DNA of 63,462 nucleotides, filler included, from Intoshia linei (lineage: Eukaryota; Animalia; Orthonectida), in assembly GCA_001642005.1 (NCBI GenBank). It is 9 parts of 9 records of this genome, joined end to end, with 100 filler letters (N's around TTAATTAATTAA, not from the genome) between each part and the next. Parts side by side here need not be neighbours in the genome. Positions count along the whole stretch, not along the records: positions 12,196 to 26,208 come from LWCA01000985.1; positions 26,309 to 37,024 come from LWCA01001240.1; 7 more parts are not named here. One strand, given 5' to 3'. Every line of letters begins with the position of its first letter. The stretch's first letter is position 1. The translations under genes were made by a program, and so were the position numbers. A model generated the notes under the pieces. That model made no database searches. It had not been told where the DNA came from and saw only the letters and a list, made by a program, of their open reading frames with translations. Of this stretch, positions 13,536 through 26,916 are shown piece after piece.

Positions 13536-16500
13536 ATGTCAAATTCTAGCGACATGGCACCGTTATATGAAGCCCATGCAATTTTATCCAACTTGATCGA
13601 CGAAACGGAAAAAGAATTTCAATTTAATTCAACATTAAAAAGTGTTTTGTCTTTAATAGAAGCATTTGAATCTTCTTTTTCAATAAATTCACACAATTCC
13701 CTTGCACCAATTGGAACCAATAATAGAAGAAAGTCAGTAGTGGCTGGAATGAATCCAAATTTTCTTAATGACATGCAGAACCCTGTTAATTTACAAAACA
13801 AAATTGCTAATCTTCCATACACTTCAAAAATCGAAAGTCAAATAAGCAATGTAAGTTACATATATTTATTTTTCATTTTTTGGCATGTATAAAGTTTACA
13901 TTATAAACTTACATACTATTTATTTTTTAATTAACGTATATTTATTATCAGGATAACATCAATCCTTCTTTGATGCGAAATATGCATATAACTCAAACAT
14001 TATCGACAACAACTTCAGCGGTAGGAACGCCTACCCCAGCTATGGCTTTTAAAAGAAATAGATCAAAATCGGTAATATTATATATTTTAGTTGACTTAAA
14101 CTATGCGGGTGGGCGCACTATTGCCCTTTAGAACTCTTAAATTTATATAATAATTTAATTAATATTATCAACTTTTATTTCAAGTTAATTTGGTACAATT
14201 TTTAAAACGTGAGGTCGTTTGTGAGCATTGGGTCATGAAAAGATTATGAAAAAATTTGATTTCACAGTAGTGATTTTTATAGACCTAGCTTGACTGTTAT
14301 GTTCTTTGATATGATATGCCGAGGACTCTATAATGTATATAAGATTGAAATCTATATTTTGTATACAGTCAATTCCTATTTTTTCGAAATTGTAGGCTGA
14401 ATTTTGATAATATATGAATAATCTTTTCATTTTCATTTTTATATTTGGCCAATTTAAAAATATTGGCTGATAAGATATTAAAAGTTATTTTTGACAGAGG
14501 AATCGTAGATTTTTGGGATGAAATTTTGTATATATATCAAATGGAATGATCTGTATCAGAATAATCTTTTTTTTCAATTAAAGGACCATTAATTATTTCA
14601 AATTTTTTGTTTTGCGAATTGTTAATAAAATACAAATATAGTTACTAACTAAAAAAATGAATACCAAAGTGCATTTTTGACCATAAAGGCGTCACTTATC
14701 AGATTTAAATTTTTAGTCTGTGTTAACTGGATATAATAACTGTTTCAACTGTAATTATTTATAAAATTTTGAAACTTTCATTTTTTTTTAAAAAAAAATT
14801 TCAACTCGTATTTTGGTGCCATTATCAGTTAAAATAAAATAGTAACCTTTAAAATTTCAAATACAAAGTATTTAAAAGTTGAAATTTAGTTAATGCTCAG
14901 TTAAACTTAGTTAATGTGAATTTATATAAATATATAACTACACAAAATTCATAAAATGGCATAAACTATTTTATAAAAAATAAAAAATATTCCACTCTAA
15001 AAAATGGTCATTTGTCAAGTTTTAATAATAGGTAAAAGTGGAATTTTCCCTAAAGGGTTGGTAAAACGGGATTTTTCCTTAAGGGTTGGTTTATTTATGG
15101 CTCTAAAACAGTAATTCTTAACCCATGCACCGCGGCGCACCGGTGCGCCATAAGTAGTGTTAAGATACACCACAAATATTAAATATATATTTGAGTTAAT
15201 TTTACAAAACAGTTTTTTTTATTTTTTGTTAATAAAATTTTATAAATTAGTTTCAAATTTTACAATGACAATTCTCTGATCAATATTTTAGCACACTAAA
15301 GCTTCTAGTATAAAATTTGATGATAAATTATTTTTTAAAATGTTTTATATCAATTTCAAGTGATTTTAAAAATAATAAACAAGCAAAATAGATAAAAAAA
15401 CAAAACTATTTTTAAAAAAATCCAAATAAAACGAAAAAATGTGAAATCGACATTATGCTCCGAAAATAAAAATAGGCTTAAAATTTTTTTCATAAACTAT
15501 TAATAACTATTAATAGTGTCATATAAGTTAACATAAGTTAACCTAACGACCTCTCTAAGTGTCTTGACTTGATATTTTAAATTTAACACACAAAATAGTT
15601 ATGATATTCAAGATTATAATTTTTTAATGCTCAATTCGAAAAAATGACGCCACCATTTTACAAAAATTTAGCCGAGCCACCCTCCCCCCACTCCCAAATA
15701 GGGGTATCGGGATGGTAGGTGCGGTAATCCCTAATGTACATTGTATATAAACAATGTACAACAAAAATATTTGAAGTATCATGATGCTTCAGATAAAATT
15801 TGAATTAATTAAATATGAGTCATACCAAAGGCTAACAAAATGAAAAACAATTTTAATTTAAATTTGATATTTGTTTGCTTTATATATGACACAAAAAGTG
15901 ATAGATCGTTGAAAGTTTGTTTTAGTTTGAATACGCATACTACATAGTACATAAATTCTAAAATCGATAAATTCAGACAGATGAATTTACATAACATGTT
16001 AATATAAAATGGTTTAAAAGAATCAAAATAGAAATACACAAATGAGACGCAACGCAATTGTGCGTCAACGTAGAGTTAGTCACTTGAGTTACTAAATTGG
16101 TACTACTACATGATAAAAATGAGAAAACTACACGATAATATACATCATATTTAGTTTGAATTAAAAACCCATTCATACAAAACTGTGCACAATTTTTTTT
16201 ATTTTTTAGTGTAGCCTAATACTTTGTAATAAGAAGCGTGTCCCAAACTCATAAAATCAAAGCCAAAATCACACCTGATTGTAATATTGGGTTAATATGT
16301 GTTAAATTTTGCTAATCTACTATCGAATTCGACATTAAGGCCATTCCTAAAAGGGAACCACCCATTTGTAGTTATTATTATGACAAAGAGTTTGCAAAAA
16401 AATTTAGTATATACATTATTACATGTATAATCACTATGATACTAAAAATGACAGACTTCATGGGAGAATTTGTTTCAATTTAGAACCGCCATACATGCAT

Positions 16501-19500
16501 ATTTAGGATTTCTCATATTAGGTGTTCTCGTTTTAGTAAAGTAGTATAGATAAATGTTCACTTAACTATTGAGAGGTGACTTTTTACTTTAGTCTGATAA
16601 AGCTATCATTTATTTAAAATAAATTGAACCCATTTAATATTAAAAATAAGAATTTTGAGTTTGATCTGTAGTGCAATCGTTTAATACAAGACTAATGCAT
16701 ATCAGTATTACTAACAAATGTAAATGAAATTAAAGCTAAAGATATTCCTGAAAATAATTACATAGGTTCCGTTAAAAATAAAATCAATAATGAATTTCGG
16801 TTAAAATGTGCTTAAATTTTTAAAACAATGACAAGCAACATGTTTAGGTGTATTGTTAGGTTGTTTTATGATTATTAATTGAAATATTAACAGTACATGT
16901 TCTAATTTTAAGGTATGCAAGAATGCATTTAAACACAATTTAAATGCTCTTTTAAAAGTATTAAAATAAACAAAACACATCTACATAAACTGAAATGCAA
17001 ACATAATGACTGTTAATAAAATAATTTGATTCGTTTTAATATTATGTAGTGCCAAACGCTTAACCACAATAAAACTAGTTTAAGTTTAAAATGTATTGCA
17101 TGTAATGTAAAGCAATTTTTACGGATTTTTAAAACAAAATCCACCTTTATGTTCACTATTATACTTGTAAGTATATTTTCGTGTGCCACCATTTATTTAT
17201 TTCTCAAATTAAACATTCTCAAGGTAATTCAATGAAAATATTTAAGTTTTTATAATTTAATTATAATTAATGTTTATAATTTTAGATAATTTACCAAATA
17301 CCTGTTAATAGATTAAAGTATATGAATAAAATCATTCCAATCAACAAAATTACATATGATGGTAATAACTCTAAAAACCAGAACAATGGAAAAAACGATT
17401 TTATTACCCCTTTAGCCTCCATTCAGTACATAAAAAATCAATATTATACTGATCCTATCAGCAAAGAAAAATTGGAACTTTTTATGAAAGAGAACCCAGA
17501 GATTAATCAAATTAACAGAATTGAATTTGATATTTTTTCTTACTGCTCCACATCAAATGAATATGTTTTGAGTTCGGTATGTTGCTCAGTTTTGTTTTTT
17601 ATTTTTTTTAGGTTATTTACAAAATTTTTCAAAAATTAAATTTTTTTAATACATTCAATATACCCACCGACAAATTTATCAATTACTTTCATGATTTGGA
17701 GTATAATTATGGAAATAATCACTGTAAGTTTATTTACAGATTGTTAAAATATTATTTAAACTAGGTTGACTATTGTGTACTTTGTACAAACAGCACCTAG
17801 TTCTGCCGAGGGCACTTTTTTAATTGTACCAAAAAATAAATTGATAATAAAATCTTACGTAAAAATGATACTATTCACCATTACCAATGCCTTAAAGTTA
17901 AAAGGAGTGGTTCCCAAACTATTTTCACATTAAATTTTAATTTAAAGTGAATTAATCCCACTTAATTTTATTTTTGTTAATATTTGTGTCAACAATTTTT
18001 TCATTTCATTTTTTTTAATATTCTGGAACTATTTTCATTTTTAAAAAAAAAATAATTGGAGTTTTTGAGCTTGAAGGACCCAATTTCTGAAAATGAAATT
18101 TGCGATAAAACATGACCTTCGCAAACGTGTATTCGAAATGTGAAATTTTTATAACTCGACTTTTCTTACTTTCTTAAATAAACTGGAACAAACATATAAA
18201 CAAATAAACAGACCTTTTTAATTAAATTACTTTATATAAGTAAAGATGGTGTTTATCAGTTTCCCAAGGTGCCCGCGAAATTTTAAAATCTGTACTATTC
18301 TGCATCTTTAAAAGGTGGTGAGAAATTTTTACTCCTGTTAGGATAGGGCTTGAAAAACCACGATTTTTCTGATGGGGTTTGGCGACACTGCCTAGCCCAG
18401 AGATAGGCAAGTCTTTACTCTTCGAAGACCGCACTAACATCCCAAAAAATTTTAATAAGGTCGGACCTTTCTGAATAAAATTTAATTAAATACAGCAGAG
18501 CTTATTATGGGGGTAAATACTAAAATTTTAGATAATTGGGTGTAAATTTTTAAACATTATTTTTAGCTTATTTTATTCAATTTAGTAAAATCTTATGAGA
18601 AAAAACCAAAACTTTACCAACCCTTAAAAAAAATCCCTCTATTTGCTCCCCAAAAAAACCGCTTTTACTAATATTTTTCTGAAAATCCCATTTTTCAAAA
18701 ATAGTGTAATAATTCAAATTGTTCAGAAATCGCACCAAATCATCAATAAGGCAGGACTCACCTCTGGCCTAACCTGTAACCGACAATTTCATATATAAAC
18801 ATTTACATTTAGACCATAATCGGATGCATGCAGCCGATGTAACTCAAGTCATATATTACTTCATCAGTAATGAGCTACCCTCGATAGGTTGAATAATTAT
18901 AACATTTTTAATGGAAATTTAAGATTCCAACGAGTCTAAAAGTTATGTATTCAGTCCGATTGAACTAATGTCACTAATAACTGCAGCTGCGCAGCACGAT
19001 TTTAACCATCCAGGAAAAACGAATGCCTTTATGGTAGCAACTCAATCTCCTCTGGTAATTTAGTTGAAAAAATAAAAACATTAAGCATGTAGGCCATACT
19101 ATACAACGATAGATCCGTTCTAGAATTTCACCACGCTGCAGAATCTTGGAATTTGTATTTATCCAATGAAAAATATAGTTGGCTAGAAAATCTGTCGGAC
19201 ACAGATTTCAAAAAATTTCGATTTTTGTCTACGGAAGCTATTTTATCAACAGACCTAAAGCGTCATTTTGAAATCATTGCTCAATTCAGTTCCAAAGATG
19301 TTGTTGATTGGAACAGTGAAGTTGACAGAATGATGATATCAAATATGTTAATCAAAATGGCAGACATTTCAGGGCCAACCAAACCCCTCAACACTCATAC
19401 CCACTGGACTAATCTGATTTGTAAAGAATTTTATGATCAAGTAATTTTAATAAAATTGGATTAACTTGAAATTGAAATTTATTTAGGGAGACGAAGAAGA

Positions 19501-19784
19501 AAAACTTGGTTTATCAATTTCGACGTATATGGATAAAAACAACCCACAATTGGCACTATTACAGTATAACTTTATAAATAACCTCGTTTTACCTCTATGT
19601 CACACATTATCTACATTTGGCTTATTGCCCGGATATTCAGTCAATAAAAACGGTTAATAAATCAATTAAATAATCAATATTTATTATAATAGATGAGACC
19701 ATTATTAAGGTCAAAGTAATGGACTACCTGAATGATAACATGAATTTTTGGAAACTTAAACTGGAAAGTAAAAAATCAAAATAA
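13536..19784 (+). CDS. PDE3: cGMP-inhibited cyclic nucleotide phosphodiesterase, PDE3 family (multi-exon; may extend further 5')
   Basis: N-terminal PDE3 motifs DMAPLYEAHAILSNLI and TLSTTTSAVGTPT..KRNRSKS. Catalytic domain [86 protein letters not shown]. An AG acceptor just before 13536 suggests upstream exons. Confidence 0.92.
17761..18246 (-). mobile_element. Complete short non-autonomous Helitron in a PDE3 intron
   Basis: Minus strand reads A|TCTTTACTTATATAA...hairpin...TCAACCTAG|T: 5' TC, 3' CTAG, insertion between A and T, no TSD. Confidence 0.8.
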
Positions 19785-20028
19785 TAATATAAAAGTATAC
19801 CCCCTCAATACCTTGAATACTATACATTTGTTTTTATTTAATAAACATATATTTCCAATTATCTTTATTCATACAATTTAAAAGCCACCGTAAATTATTC
19901 CAAAATATAGTCAGAAATCACTTGTCTACAGGTATATATACAATAATGCAGGCACGGTATCAAATCAGGATGATTCACCACGCAAATAATCTGTCCAATA
20001 ATATCCATACACTTTATAATGCAAAAGT

Positions 20029-22850
20029 TTAAAACTTTAAAGTGTTTTGTTGAGTTTTTCGTAATCTTAATTGAGCAGAAATTTGTTTTTTTTTAATTTC
20101 TTCAGGTGTATATTTTATGTTACTTTTTATTTGGTTTCGTTTTTTCAAAAGACGTGTCCTAGCTTCAATTTCTTTTTGTTTTATTTCTTGTTGGTTATAC
20201 TTTTGCCTGTTTGGTTCAATTTTTGTTAAACTAATTGGTGATTTTTTTGAAACTTTACAATTCAATTCTTTGGGTTTAGCTTGTTTGGTAGGTTCAATTT
20301 TTGCTAAACCAATTGACGATTTTTCCAACATGACAGTATTCAATTTGTTGGGTTCAAAAGGTATTGAAATGTTTGGTGATTTTTCAGGAATTTTACAATT
20401 TAATTCCTTTGTTTCAATTATTGTTAAATTATTTGATGGTTTTTTCAGGATTTTTGAATTTAATTCCTTGAATTTAACTTGTTTCATTAAAAGAATTTTT
20501 GCTTTTTTTTCTTTTTGGTTAATTTCATTATTAGTATATTTTTTGTGGATATTCTTGGCTAATGGCATTGTAGTAATTTTTTTTTGAGGTGAATTCAAAA
20601 TTGGTGAAATATTAAGATCGCGTAACGGTTCCATAGACGTTTTGAATTGTTTTTGTGGTATTTGTGTGGATAAAAATACATTTGACTCGTCGCTTTTTCG
20701 TTTAGGATATTTAATACACATTTTTTGATTAATTAACTTACTCGTTTCTAAATAAGATTTTCTGTATTCATCAGAATACAAATGTTTCATGAAATCCTTT
20801 GATTCTTCGCATTTAATACCCATTTCTAGTAATTCTTCATATGTAAAGTGACTCATCATTTCCTGTTTTTTTCTATTCAATGCTTCTATTCTTTTTTGTA
20901 ATGCAATTTGTCTCTTGCCCTCAATAAAAATAATGTGTGCACTTAAATTGTTATCAGATTCAAATGATTGAATACTTTTATTTGTTACATTATCATCTAA
21001 AAATAAAAATTATATTTTGACAAATACATGTATGAATAACACGGGTGGCCAATTTGCCATCTGTCAAATATCGAAATTGTTAACAACAAAAAAGTGGCGT
21101 TACAAAAATAGAAAATACTTACCAAGTTATTCATAAAACATTCAAAGTTGAAACTACTCTATTGATCCATTACCAATGAAAGTCTCATTGTCGAGAAAAT
21201 TTAAAAAAATTGACGCATGAATATTCACATTCCATGACATTGGAATTACACAATATTCCTGCTCTCAAGTAATCAAAAATTAAAACAAAATTATAATTTT
21301 TGTACTACACTGTATTCTGAAAGCCACAATAGCCACCTGATATATTACGGCGCATTATCAATAGATCGTAACAATATACTAACATTAGAATTTATAATTA
21401 AATTAAATAAACAAATATTCTATGGTGTTCACACCAGAGAATATTTCTAATTTTTTTGTAATATGGTTTGTAGGTATAACATGGTATCTTAATATTTCAG
21501 TTTTAACTTGGGTCTGTAGATCTACGATCAAATATTATCATATATTAAAATTAATATTAACTACGATTATAAAATACGACCTTTTGATTTACGATCAAAA
21601 AACTACGATCATTTGAATGGACACGATATATTACATACCATTAAAAATTTTGCATTTTTTTGGAGCATCAATAATGGGAAATTTAAATTTAAAATCCAGA
21701 GACCATTTATCTAAATATTATAAACATGTAACAAAAAAATATTACCTGCTTGAAAATTGAATCTAAAATTTTTATAAAATCAAGAATATTTTCATATAAA
21801 CCTGTTTTTTGGCTTGAAATCAAAATTCAACATCTTGACATCATTCTTAGATACATTTTGATGCACACCGTCTTGTGACATTTCATTCATTTTTTTTAAA
21901 TATTTCATACACCTCTCCGTATTTTTAATTTCTTCGGCTATAATGAATGTATTATTAAATATGACGACCAAAATAAACCTTTGCAATACGGTTTAGGACT
22001 ACAGACTTTATAAGTTGCAGTAACAACACCGTTTATAATTCTTTCATCTTTTAAATCAAAAGGAATATGACTAGGAAGTTCATCATATGAACAGTTGTTT
22101 AACATGGCAGATGTTTCCACACAAGCCTACAAAGCAAAATTAATCTTTGATAACTTAATCATAAATTGTACTAGCAAATTTTACCTTTTTCATTTCGCGC
22201 TGAATAATGTTGTTATAACTTTTAAATCTATATAGTAAAATGCGCCATTAATTTACCAACTTAATTTAATCTTTATTGAAACTTAACAAAATTGTAACTG
22301 TAAAATATACAACATAAAGTAAAATGTAATTTGAATTTAATTCACTTTTCTCTCAAATAATTCTATTATCGTATGCATGTCATCATTATTATCATATCTG
22401 TGATATTTATGAAGAAATGGTTTTAACTAGATAATAAATTTAATACTATAGTAGACTATACAACCGACCTGGTCTTTTTCGGAGAAACAATTTGCTATTT
22501 TTTGTAGTGTATTTTTCTCGGAATTTTCATGATCCAAATTGATTGATATGCCTATTTTGAAGTCATGACTTTATAGACTTATATACATTAATGATAATGT
22601 ATTAAAAATTACATAAATTTGTCAAAAGACCATTAATATCTTTCATGCAATATAATGCATTTTTCCAATATTTAGCTGAAAATAAAGTTTTTAGTAATCC
22701 CCACGTCTTTGGACACGACATGGCTAAATTATTAATGATACACTTATGGATAAATTACTTTTTAGTGCATCCAGGTTTTCCTTAATAATGACCATGGAAT
22801 AACAATCTATTTTTATTGGGCTATCAAAAAATTCGGCACACAATCTATAA
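20029..22850 (-). CDS. Uncharacterised multi-exon protein with a long Lys-rich last exon carrying repeated KY-x-x-x-EI-x-x-K-x-x-x-A motifs; 5' extent uncertain
   Basis: A 283-aa terminal ORF plus a chain of in-phase GT-AG exons (ACVETSAMLNNCSYDELPSHIPF..., KWSLDFKFKFPIIDAPKKC, YCYDLLIMRRNISGGYCGFQNT, EYCVIPMSWNVNIHAS). Exon phases above ~22230 do not join cleanly, so that part may be a separate gene. Confidence 0.65.
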
Positions 22851-23279
22851 ATACATAATATAATTTAGTGCCTTAGTTAATATATAATTTTTGTAATTGG
22901 CAGTATAACATGATGAGTCATCATTGATGACACCTGACAAGTTCGTACAAAAAATCCATAATTATTATGGAATTCATAATATTATTTACCAAAATTCGGA
23001 GAACAATAGGCTGACTAGTATAATACTAATACTGAAATTTGTTGCGACATAAATTTATCTTTAAAATGTATAAATCAGAGTTGAATCAATGCCTCTTATA
23101 AAATTTTCAAATGATAGGTCCCCTATTAAAATTGAATACAATCGATATAAATATAGATTAAATCGAATAATATTTTCATTTACAGGTTAATAAATCAAAT
23201 ATTTTAATACCGACCCAAGCAGTCAAGTAGAATTAGCAGACAACTAAAAATTTCACATGATTTCATGAAAAACGTATTA

Positions 23280-23900
23280 TCCTTACTTATATAAAGTAAA
23301 ATGGTTAAAAATGTATGTGTGTTTATTTATTTGTTCCAGTTTATTTAAGAAAGTAAGGGGAATTGAGTTTACAAATTCCATATTCTTATAGCAGTTTTTC
23401 CAGCGTGATGTTTTATCGCAAATTTCAATTTCAGAAATTGAGTCCAAGGTTAAAAACCAAAATTCTCCTTTTATTAAATTCAAACCCGTTTAAACCTAGA
23501 ATTATAAAAATTACATATTGTAATGAATAGTTTTAAATTCATCAATATTATGATAATTTTCAATTTCAAAATCTTATATCTTCACGACCAATACCACAAA
23601 TTACCTTTTTTGTAAAAATTAAAAAAGTATCATAATTTTATACAACATAAATTCTGTAATTGTTTTAAATTCATAAGCATCATCCAAATGGTAATGTCAA
23701 AAAAGGTAATTTTCACAGTCAAAAACCCAGATTACCCTTTTTTTAAATATGAAATATAATTTTTAATATTTTATTAACCAATATTTTTCAAATTTTGAAT
23801 TAAAATTAAAAAGTAAATAATCATCCTATAATTTCAAAAAAATATATTTATTGAATATCTATACATTTCCAATAAAAAAATGTGATGAAAATCTATATAA
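23280..23900 (+). mobile_element. Helitron-family 5' fragment
   Basis: Begins A|TCCTTACTTATATAA followed by a tgtg/ttta microsatellite. It is collinear with 11060-11530. Confidence 0.7.
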
Positions 23901-24319
23901 TTGAAATAAAAATAATAATAAAAAAATGTCAGAAATGTATGAGGGAAATCTAATAAACACATATTTAATGGGGTATATCGATTTTTAAAAAGTCATACAT
24001 GTCATATTTTTTTCATAATTGTCATAATAATATTCATAAAATCATAATTTAAAAAAATGTTTATTTTCATTGATTTCCGTTATTCAAATGTCAAATGTAC
24101 CAAATTATGTCACTGAAATCAACAATTTATGTTTCAAGTGCGTTATTTTAATATTAATTATCTTAACACTTTCACTGTCTGATGCAATTTTATGTACTAT
24201 CACTATATGATACGATTTTATTGACAAGTGAACTGAAATATATATATAATGATTTACACTTTAGAAAATGCAAATCAATTTACTATTATAATTAATTTAT
24301 AAATTTGAATTGTTAACGG

Positions 24320-24570
24320 CTCTATCTAAAAATGTTAAACTCAACAAAATGTTTCTCACTATACCTGTTACTTATGTGTCAAATGAACTAAGTTTTTCTA
24401 CCTTAAACAGCATTAAATCATACTTGAGGTGTACCATGGCCCAACAAAGACCATGAAGTTTGGCTAGAATATTAATCGAAAAGTAATTACTCAAAGATTT
24501 AAAAGATAGACAAGAATTACACTCTAAAATACTTAAAAAATTTTCAATCAAACCAAGATTATTAGAATGA
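24320..24570 (+). mobile_element. hAT C-terminal dimerisation domain remnant (ZMYM1/Tip100-like)
   Basis: KMFLTIPVTYVSNELSFSTLNSIKSYLRCTMAQQRP*SLARILIEK matches the LTIPVT-ERSFS-LK-IK-YLRSTM-Q-RL consensus and contains an in-frame stop. Confidence 0.85.
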
Positions 24571-24858
24571 AAATAATGAAAGAATGAATTTATTAGTATA
24601 AATAAAAATTAAAGGTAAGTCGACTATCGTTTGCAGACAATTTAAACTTGTTATTTTGTTTACATAATTGTTAATAACTTAATATATAAATAGTTGATAT
24701 GGTAACAATGTAGTGAGCACGAGTAACATTTTTGGGTCATAGTCGCCACTGGTTAATTTATTTTTTTGGTAAAATAAAAATGTCCACCCTCGACAGAGCT
24801 AGGGGCTGTTTGTACGTAGTACATCACAGATTGTTATCAGTCAAGGACCAGGTATTAG

Positions 24859-25263
24859 CAGAGCCGTCTTAAGCAACTTTGTGGCCCTGAGTTAAGCAAA
24901 GGGTCGGGCCCTTTAAAATTTCGAGCAAACGATAAAAAAAATTAGGTCCCCTGTTTAGAAGACAGGGTATACTGTTGGTTGGAGACTTAGTCTTATTTCA
25001 TTGAGTTTTAATAAAAGTATTAAAATCATTATATTTTAAATTGAATAATTACCAGAACTTTGATTCATTAAATTATTTTCTTTCTAGCTATTTGAATTCC
25101 CACACTTATAAACTGATTCTTAAGATATAAATGTGAAGTATTTTTTAATAAATTGGGGCCTCTTTTTAAGATATAAATGTAAAGTATTTTTATTAATTTG
25201 GGCCTTTTTTAATGAGGGGCCCTGGGATACAGCCCACATTGCCCATGCCTTAAAACGGCTCTG
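24859..25263. mobile_element. hAT-type MITE
   Basis: Terminal inverted repeats (TIRs) cagagccgtcttaag / cttaaaacggctctg with GGGCCC-rich subterminal motifs. The TSD is degenerate. Confidence 0.75.
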
Positions 25264-26829
25264 GGGTCCTAGTCCTTACTTATATAATATGCTGCGCAAT
25301 ATTTGTTTGGGTGTGTGATAATTTAAAAATTGCGTAGCAATGAAAAAAATTCCGAAGGAATGAATTATATAGATTTTCACACATATTTCCTTATTGGAAA
25401 TGTGTGGACGTTAAATGCACATTTTTTTTTGAAATTGTAGGATCAATATTTACATTTTCAATTTTTATTTTAATCGGATAATATTGGTTAATAATATATT
25501 AAAAATTACTTTTCACCGGGAATGCGTAGATTTGTGGGGTTGAAATTTTGTAAATATTATTTAGGATTTTTTATACACCTGTAAATTTTTTTAATTTCTA
25601 GGGCTATTTTCATTAAAAAAAACAAGTAATTTGTGGTTTTGGCCTTGAAGATATATTTTTTTCAAATTTAAATTTATGATAATGAAATCCGTATCAGAGT
25701 ATATATTTTTTTAAATTTTCGAACTCGTTTGATTTTCAAAAAAAACACAAAACAATTGGAGTTTTTGGCCCAAAAGATGTGAGTTTGGAAATTGAAATTT
25801 ATCTTATTATGTCCCGGAAAAAAACTGTACTTGAATTGTGAACTTTATAAAATTCTAAGACTGGTAGTTATTGAACTAAACGCTAAAACACACACAGACA
25901 AATATTACGCAGGATATTTAGGATTACCAACATTAAGTTATCCTCAACCCGAATTTTTGAGCGAAGTGTGTTATTTTTTTTGTTATTTAAAAAAATTTTT
26001 GGAGGCCCTCTTTTACTTTGGATCTCTTTTTCAAAAAATTATAACAGTTTACACACTTTTATTGCAAATTTGAAAATGAATACTTAAAATTTTTCATAAC
26101 AAATAGCACATGACATGTCATATTGAATTTTATGTGTAATTCGCTTATTCATATAATATAAATAAAATATGTCTGATCTGATGATTTTGATTGAAATAAT
26201 TAAATTACNNNNNNNNNNNNNNNNNNNNNNNNNNNNNNNNNNNNNNNNNNNNTTAATTAATTAANNNNNNNNNNNNNNNNNNNNNNNNNNNNNNNNNNNN
26301 NNNNNNNNCATGAGTCTCAGACTCAATTTTCTTGGCGGGCCAAATTTGAAAAAAAATTATTACGTAAGCCGCACAAAAAAAATTTATCGAAATCATTACT
26401 AAATTAACACTTTTAATTAATTAATAAAAATATCAACGTACGCAAATATATACTAATCAAAAATTATATAATCATAAAATGATAGATATCATAATGACAG
26501 TATTATTTTTATTCCTAAGAATCCTAATAATACAAAGGAAAAATAAGAATGTTGATTTAATTTATAATATTAAAATTAATTATATATTTAAACATTAAAA
26601 ATTATAAAGTTTTGTGGATTTTTGTGTTCTTTTTAATTCTACTAATTTATGTATGTTTGACTAAATCGACTGAAATAATGAAATGTGTAAAGGTAAATTT
26701 AGGTGTTAATTTGATATTTGAGAACGATATATATTTTTATTTATATTCATAATTAAAAAACTATTAATCAATTCGCCATATATAAAGTGTGTATTATTAA
26801 TAAATTCAGTATAATATATTTACGTTTAG

Positions 26830-26916
26830 CATGTCGCATTGGGTGCATTGACTGTGATGAAGATTCCTGTTATAATTGCAAAAATGGATATAATAAAGTC
26901 AAAGAAGTATGTTACA
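26830..26916 (+). CDS. Isolated exon encoding a furin-like Cys-rich repeat
   Basis: ag|(A)CRIGCIDCDEDSCYNCKNGYNKVKEVCY|gtaag, a CxxxCxxC...CxxCxxGY...C pattern. The rest of the gene was not identified. Confidence 0.55.

Noticed and set aside
20117-20587. 156-aa hydrophobic plus-strand ORF resembling a membrane protein
   Set aside because: It is antisense to a Lys/Glu/Asn-rich exon; the Phe/Leu richness is just the complement of AAA/GAA codons.
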